A stretch of DNA of 64,000 nucleotides, from positions 32,001 to 96,000 of the forward strand of contig CAVRCI010000005.1 of the NCBI GenBank assembly GCA_963719495.1. The letters run 5' to 3'. Origin of the DNA: an uncultured Verrucomicrobiae bacterium (GTDB taxonomy: Bacteria > Verrucomicrobiota > Verrucomicrobiia > Chthoniobacterales > JAATET01). A model generated the notes under the pieces. That model searched no databases, was not told the origin of the DNA, and saw nothing but the letters and a program-made list of their open reading frames with translations. Made by a program: the position numbers and the translations under genes. Shown one piece after another: positions 60,981-64,000 of the stretch (position 1 is its first letter; each line of letters begins with the position of its first letter).

Positions 60981-63900
60981 ATGGGGGATCCGGTCGTTCA
61001 CATTCCGAGGCATCGAAAGGCTCGCTGGTTCCTAAACGAACGGCTTCTAGAAGGCGTCTCAACGTTTTCTCAGTTAGAGGATCGGCTTTCTACACGACTT
61101 TCGGAGAAAACTCGGGGCGACGCATTCGAAGTCTTCGCCGAAGCCTGGCTCGCGACCCAACGCCTTCCGCAGGCCCAACAAATCTGGACCGAACAATCCC
61201 TCCCCACACGGCTCGCGACGCAGTTACGCCTCCCAACCGGCGACATGGGAGTGGACGGTGTTTTCGAGACAAGCGCCGGTGATTATTGCTGCTACCAAGT
61301 CAAGTTCCGCACCGGTCGCCCTCGCCTTCGCTGGAGCGATCTGTCCACCTTCTTCGGACTCGCCGACGCCTCGTTGCTACGACTCGTTTTCACGAACTGC
61401 GATGAGGTCGCCGGGACCGCCGAAGATCGCCCGGGTGCCATTTTTGTCCGAGGCACCGATCTGGACCGGCTAGGCCCAGCGGACTTTGCGGCTATGGCAG
61501 CGTGGCTCGACGGGGTCACGGTGCAACGAAAACTGAAAGAGCCGAGACCTCATCAGGTCGAAGCCGTCCGGAGCATCGTCGACGCATTCGCCGCCAACGA
61601 CCGAGCGACCGCCCTCATGGCCTGCGGCAGCGGGAAAACGCTGATCGCCCTCTGGGTCGCCGAAGACATTCGGGCGAAGACCGTCCTCGTCCTCCTCCCC
61701 TCCCTCGCTCTCGTCGGGCAAACGGTTCACGAGTGGCTCAAAGAGACCCGCTGGACGGACGTGGACTACTGCTGCGTCTGCTCCGACGATTCCGTGCAAT
61801 CGGAAGATGACGCGATCGTCGTCCGCCCGTCGGAACTCGACTTTCGCGTGACCACCGACAGCGCACAACTGGCCCGCTTCCTCGAACATTCCAAAGCGGC
61901 GGTTCGCGTCGTCTTTTCGACCTACCAATCATCACCCGCCATCGCCTCGGCAATGACGGGACAGCCTCCGTTCGACCTCGCGGTCTTCGACGAAGCCCAC
62001 AAGACGGCGGGTCGTGAGGGCGTCCGCTTCACGTTTGCGTTGGACGATCAGCGCCTCCCAATCTCCAAGCGCCTGTTCCTGACCGCCACACCGCGCCATT
62101 ACAAGCTCAAGGGGCGCGAAGGCGCGACCGAAAAGGTTTTCTCGATGGACGCCAAATCAGTCTACGGCTCCATCGTCCACCGACTCTCCTTCACCAAAGC
62201 CGAGCGCCTCGGGATTGTGACGCCTTACAAAGTCATCATCTCCGTCGTCACGTCGCGAATGGTGACCGACGAACTCCTCCGCCGCGGGGTGGTCGTGGTC
62301 TCCGGGGAAGAGATCAAGGCCCGGCAGGTCGCAAATCAGATCGCCCTGCGCGCGGCGATCGAAATGTATGACATCCGGAAAGTCTTCACCTTCCACTCGC
62401 GAGTCCAAGCCGCCCGATCATTCGTTCACGAGGGCTCCGAAGGCGTCGGGCAGCATTTGCCTGGATTCGAATGCGCCCACATCAGCGGAGCGATGCCGAT
62501 GACGCATCGCCGAAAGATCATGCGCGAATTCGAAGCTTCCTTCCGGGCGATCCTCTCCAATGCGCGGTGCCTCACCGAAGGCGTCGATGTTCCCAGCGTC
62601 GACCTCGTCGCCTTCCTCAGTCCCCGGAGAAGCTTGGTCGACATCGTTCAAGCCACCGGTCGCGCGATTCGCACGGCTCCAGACAAGACGTTCGGCTACG
62701 TTCTGGTGCCCCTGTATGTCGAGCAAGCTCGCGACGAAACGGTGGAAAGTGCGGTAGCCAGAAGCGCCTTCGACGAGGTCTGGAACGTTCTCAATTACCT
62801 GCAGGAACACGACGATTTTCTCGCCCAGGTCATCTCGGAAATGCGGGCAGAGCGAGGCCGAACGGGCGGATTCGACGATACGCGTTTTCGGGAGCGCGTT
62901 GCGATCCTCGGACCAACCGTCGCCTTGGCCGCATTGGAAAAATCGATCACCGCTGCCTGCGTCGATGCGGTCGGAGATCCGTGGTTCGAACGGTTCGGCC
63001 AGCTTAAGGCTTACCACCAAGAGCATGGCGACTGCGACGTGCCCGCGCGCTGGAAAGGCAGCAACCGGCTTGGAACGTGGGTTGTCACGCAACGGGTCCA
63101 CTGGAATGACGGCCTGCTCGACTCGGCAAAAATTGCCCTTCTCGATGAACTTCAATTCAACTGGGATCCGAAAGGACGAGCGTGGCGCGAACGATATCTG
63201 GAACTTTGTGCCTACCGTGAACGGTTCGGCGACTGTCGCATTCCCCAGGATTGGTCGGAGAATCGACGTCTCGCCCAGTGGGTTTCGACCCAGAGACATC
63301 GGCTTCAAACCGGCCAGATTAGAACTGAGCAGAAGGAGTTACTGAATCGGCTTGGTTTCGAATGGAGTATTGATTTTCGAACTTGGGACCATCGATTGGA
63401 AGAACTTCGCCAATTCAAAGCCGACCACGGACATACCCGCGTTCCCGCTAGATGGGCTAAGAATCGAACGCTGGGTGCCTGGGTTGCTACCCAACGTTAC
63501 GAGAATCGACAGAAACGGCTTACCGTTGACCAAATTGCGTTGTTGGATGCCGAGGGTTTCGAATGGGATATCGCGGGTCGGCAGTCGACGGTTGACGAAA
63601 AGCTCGCGCTTCTCATCGACTTCCAGAATCGGACCGGTCATTTCCGGATCCCAAAAACCGATGCTAATTTGTCACACGTGGTTGATTGGCTATCCACCGT
63701 GCGTCGACTCAAACGGCTCGGCACTTTGGACGCTGACATCGAACGGCGGTTCGATCAGATAGATTTCCCGTGGATCCCTGTTCCGGCACCCCCGAAAGAT
63801 CGATGGAATGAAAGATTCGATAGATACCGTTCAGCTATTCAAGAGCATGGGCGATTGCCGCTTCCAGCCACCCAAGAAACCAGATGGCACCGCACATGGG

Positions 63901-64000
63901 CGGGTCAGCAACGGCGGGATCGAAAATTGGGAACGCTTTCCGATGACCGGATAGCCGCGCTGACGAACTTGGGATTCGATTGGCGGACTCCAGAGACAAA
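60981..64000 (+). CDS. Restriction-endonuclease-like domain, SF2 DEAH helicase and helicase-associated (HA) repeats; 3'-truncated by window edge
   Basis: Hand translation shows GDAFE, DMGVD, YQVKF, MACGSGKT, FDEAH, TATP, QATGRA and at least 5 W..R...L.....HG...P...L..W...QR-type repeats. Absent from the track because it has no stop in the window. Confidence 0.88.
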   Translation, partial: MGDPVVHIPRHRKARWFLNERLLEGVSTFSQLEDRLSTRLSEKTRGDAFEVFAEAWLATQRLPQAQQIWTEQSLPTRLATQLRLPTGDMGVDGVFETSAGDYCCYQVKFRTGRPRLRWSDLSTFFGLADASLLRLVFTNCDEVAGTAEDRPGAIFVRGTDLDRLGPADFAAMAAWLDGVTVQRKLKEPRPHQVEAVRSIVDAFAANDRATALMACGSGKTLIALWVAEDIRAKTVLVLLPSLALVGQTVHEWLKETRWTDVDYCCVCSDDSVQSEDDAIVVRPSELDFRVTTDSAQLARFLEHSKAAVRVVFSTYQSSPAIASAMTGQPPFDLAVFDEAHKTAGREGVRFTFALDDQRLPISKRLFLTATPRHYKLKGREGATEKVFSMDAKSVYGSIVHRLSFTKAERLGIVTPYKVIISVVTSRMVTDELLRRGVVVVSGEEIKARQVANQIALRAAIEMYDIRKVFTFHSRVQAARSFVHEGSEGVGQHLPGFECAHISGAMPMTHRRKIMREFEASFRAILSNARCLTEGVDVPSVDLVAFLSPRRSLVDIVQATGRAIRTAPDKTFGYVLVPLYVEQARDETVESAVARSAFDEVWNVLNYLQEHDDFLAQVISEMRAERGRTGGFDDTRFRERVAILGPTVALAALEKSITAACVDAVGDPWFERFGQLKAYHQEHGDCDVPARWKGSNRLGTWVVTQRVHWNDGLLDSAKIALLDELQFNWDPKGRAWRERYLELCAYRERFGDCRIPQDWSENRRLAQWVSTQRHRLQTGQIRTEQKELLNRLGFEWSIDFRTWDHRLEELRQFKADHGHTRVPARWAKNRTLGAWVATQRYENRQKRLTVDQIALLDAEGFEWDIAGRQSTVDEKLALLIDFQNRTGHFRIPKTDANLSHVVDWLSTVRRLKRLGTLDADIERRFDQIDFPWIPVPAPPKDRWNERFDRYRSAIQEHGRLPLPATQETRWHRTWAGQQRRDRKLGTLSDDRIAALTNLGFDWRTPET

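Overview
GC-rich bacterial chromosome segment, probably Verrucomicrobiota or another PVC member (inferred from the PEP-CTERM protein, A|F-type prepilins and gene content). It begins with the end of a gspF/pilC-gspG pair. A ~19 kb type IV pilus/T2SS-like cluster follows (4.85-23.9 kb): PilB/GspE, four small pilins, an embedded NarL-type two-component pair, PilC, PilV/X/W-like minor pilins, PilP/O/N/M-like genes, PilT, an 823-aa giant pilin and a divergent secretin. Next come glpX, an envelope cluster (REC-pseudokinase-FGE fusion, TPR proteins, HtrA, ExbBD), a hybrid histidine kinase, ilvD and a full-length NRPS-like protein with all catalytic motifs substituted. The rest holds housekeeping and accessory genes, two pseudogenes and a nuclease-helicase-HA-repeat gene running off the right end. 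The main observation is that about 10 families of REP-like palindromic elements are scattered through the window, and copies from different families sit in-frame inside the cleavable N-terminal leaders of several prepilins and exported proteins. No rRNA, tRNA or CRISPR array was seen. All calls are from motif recognition by eye; no searches were run.
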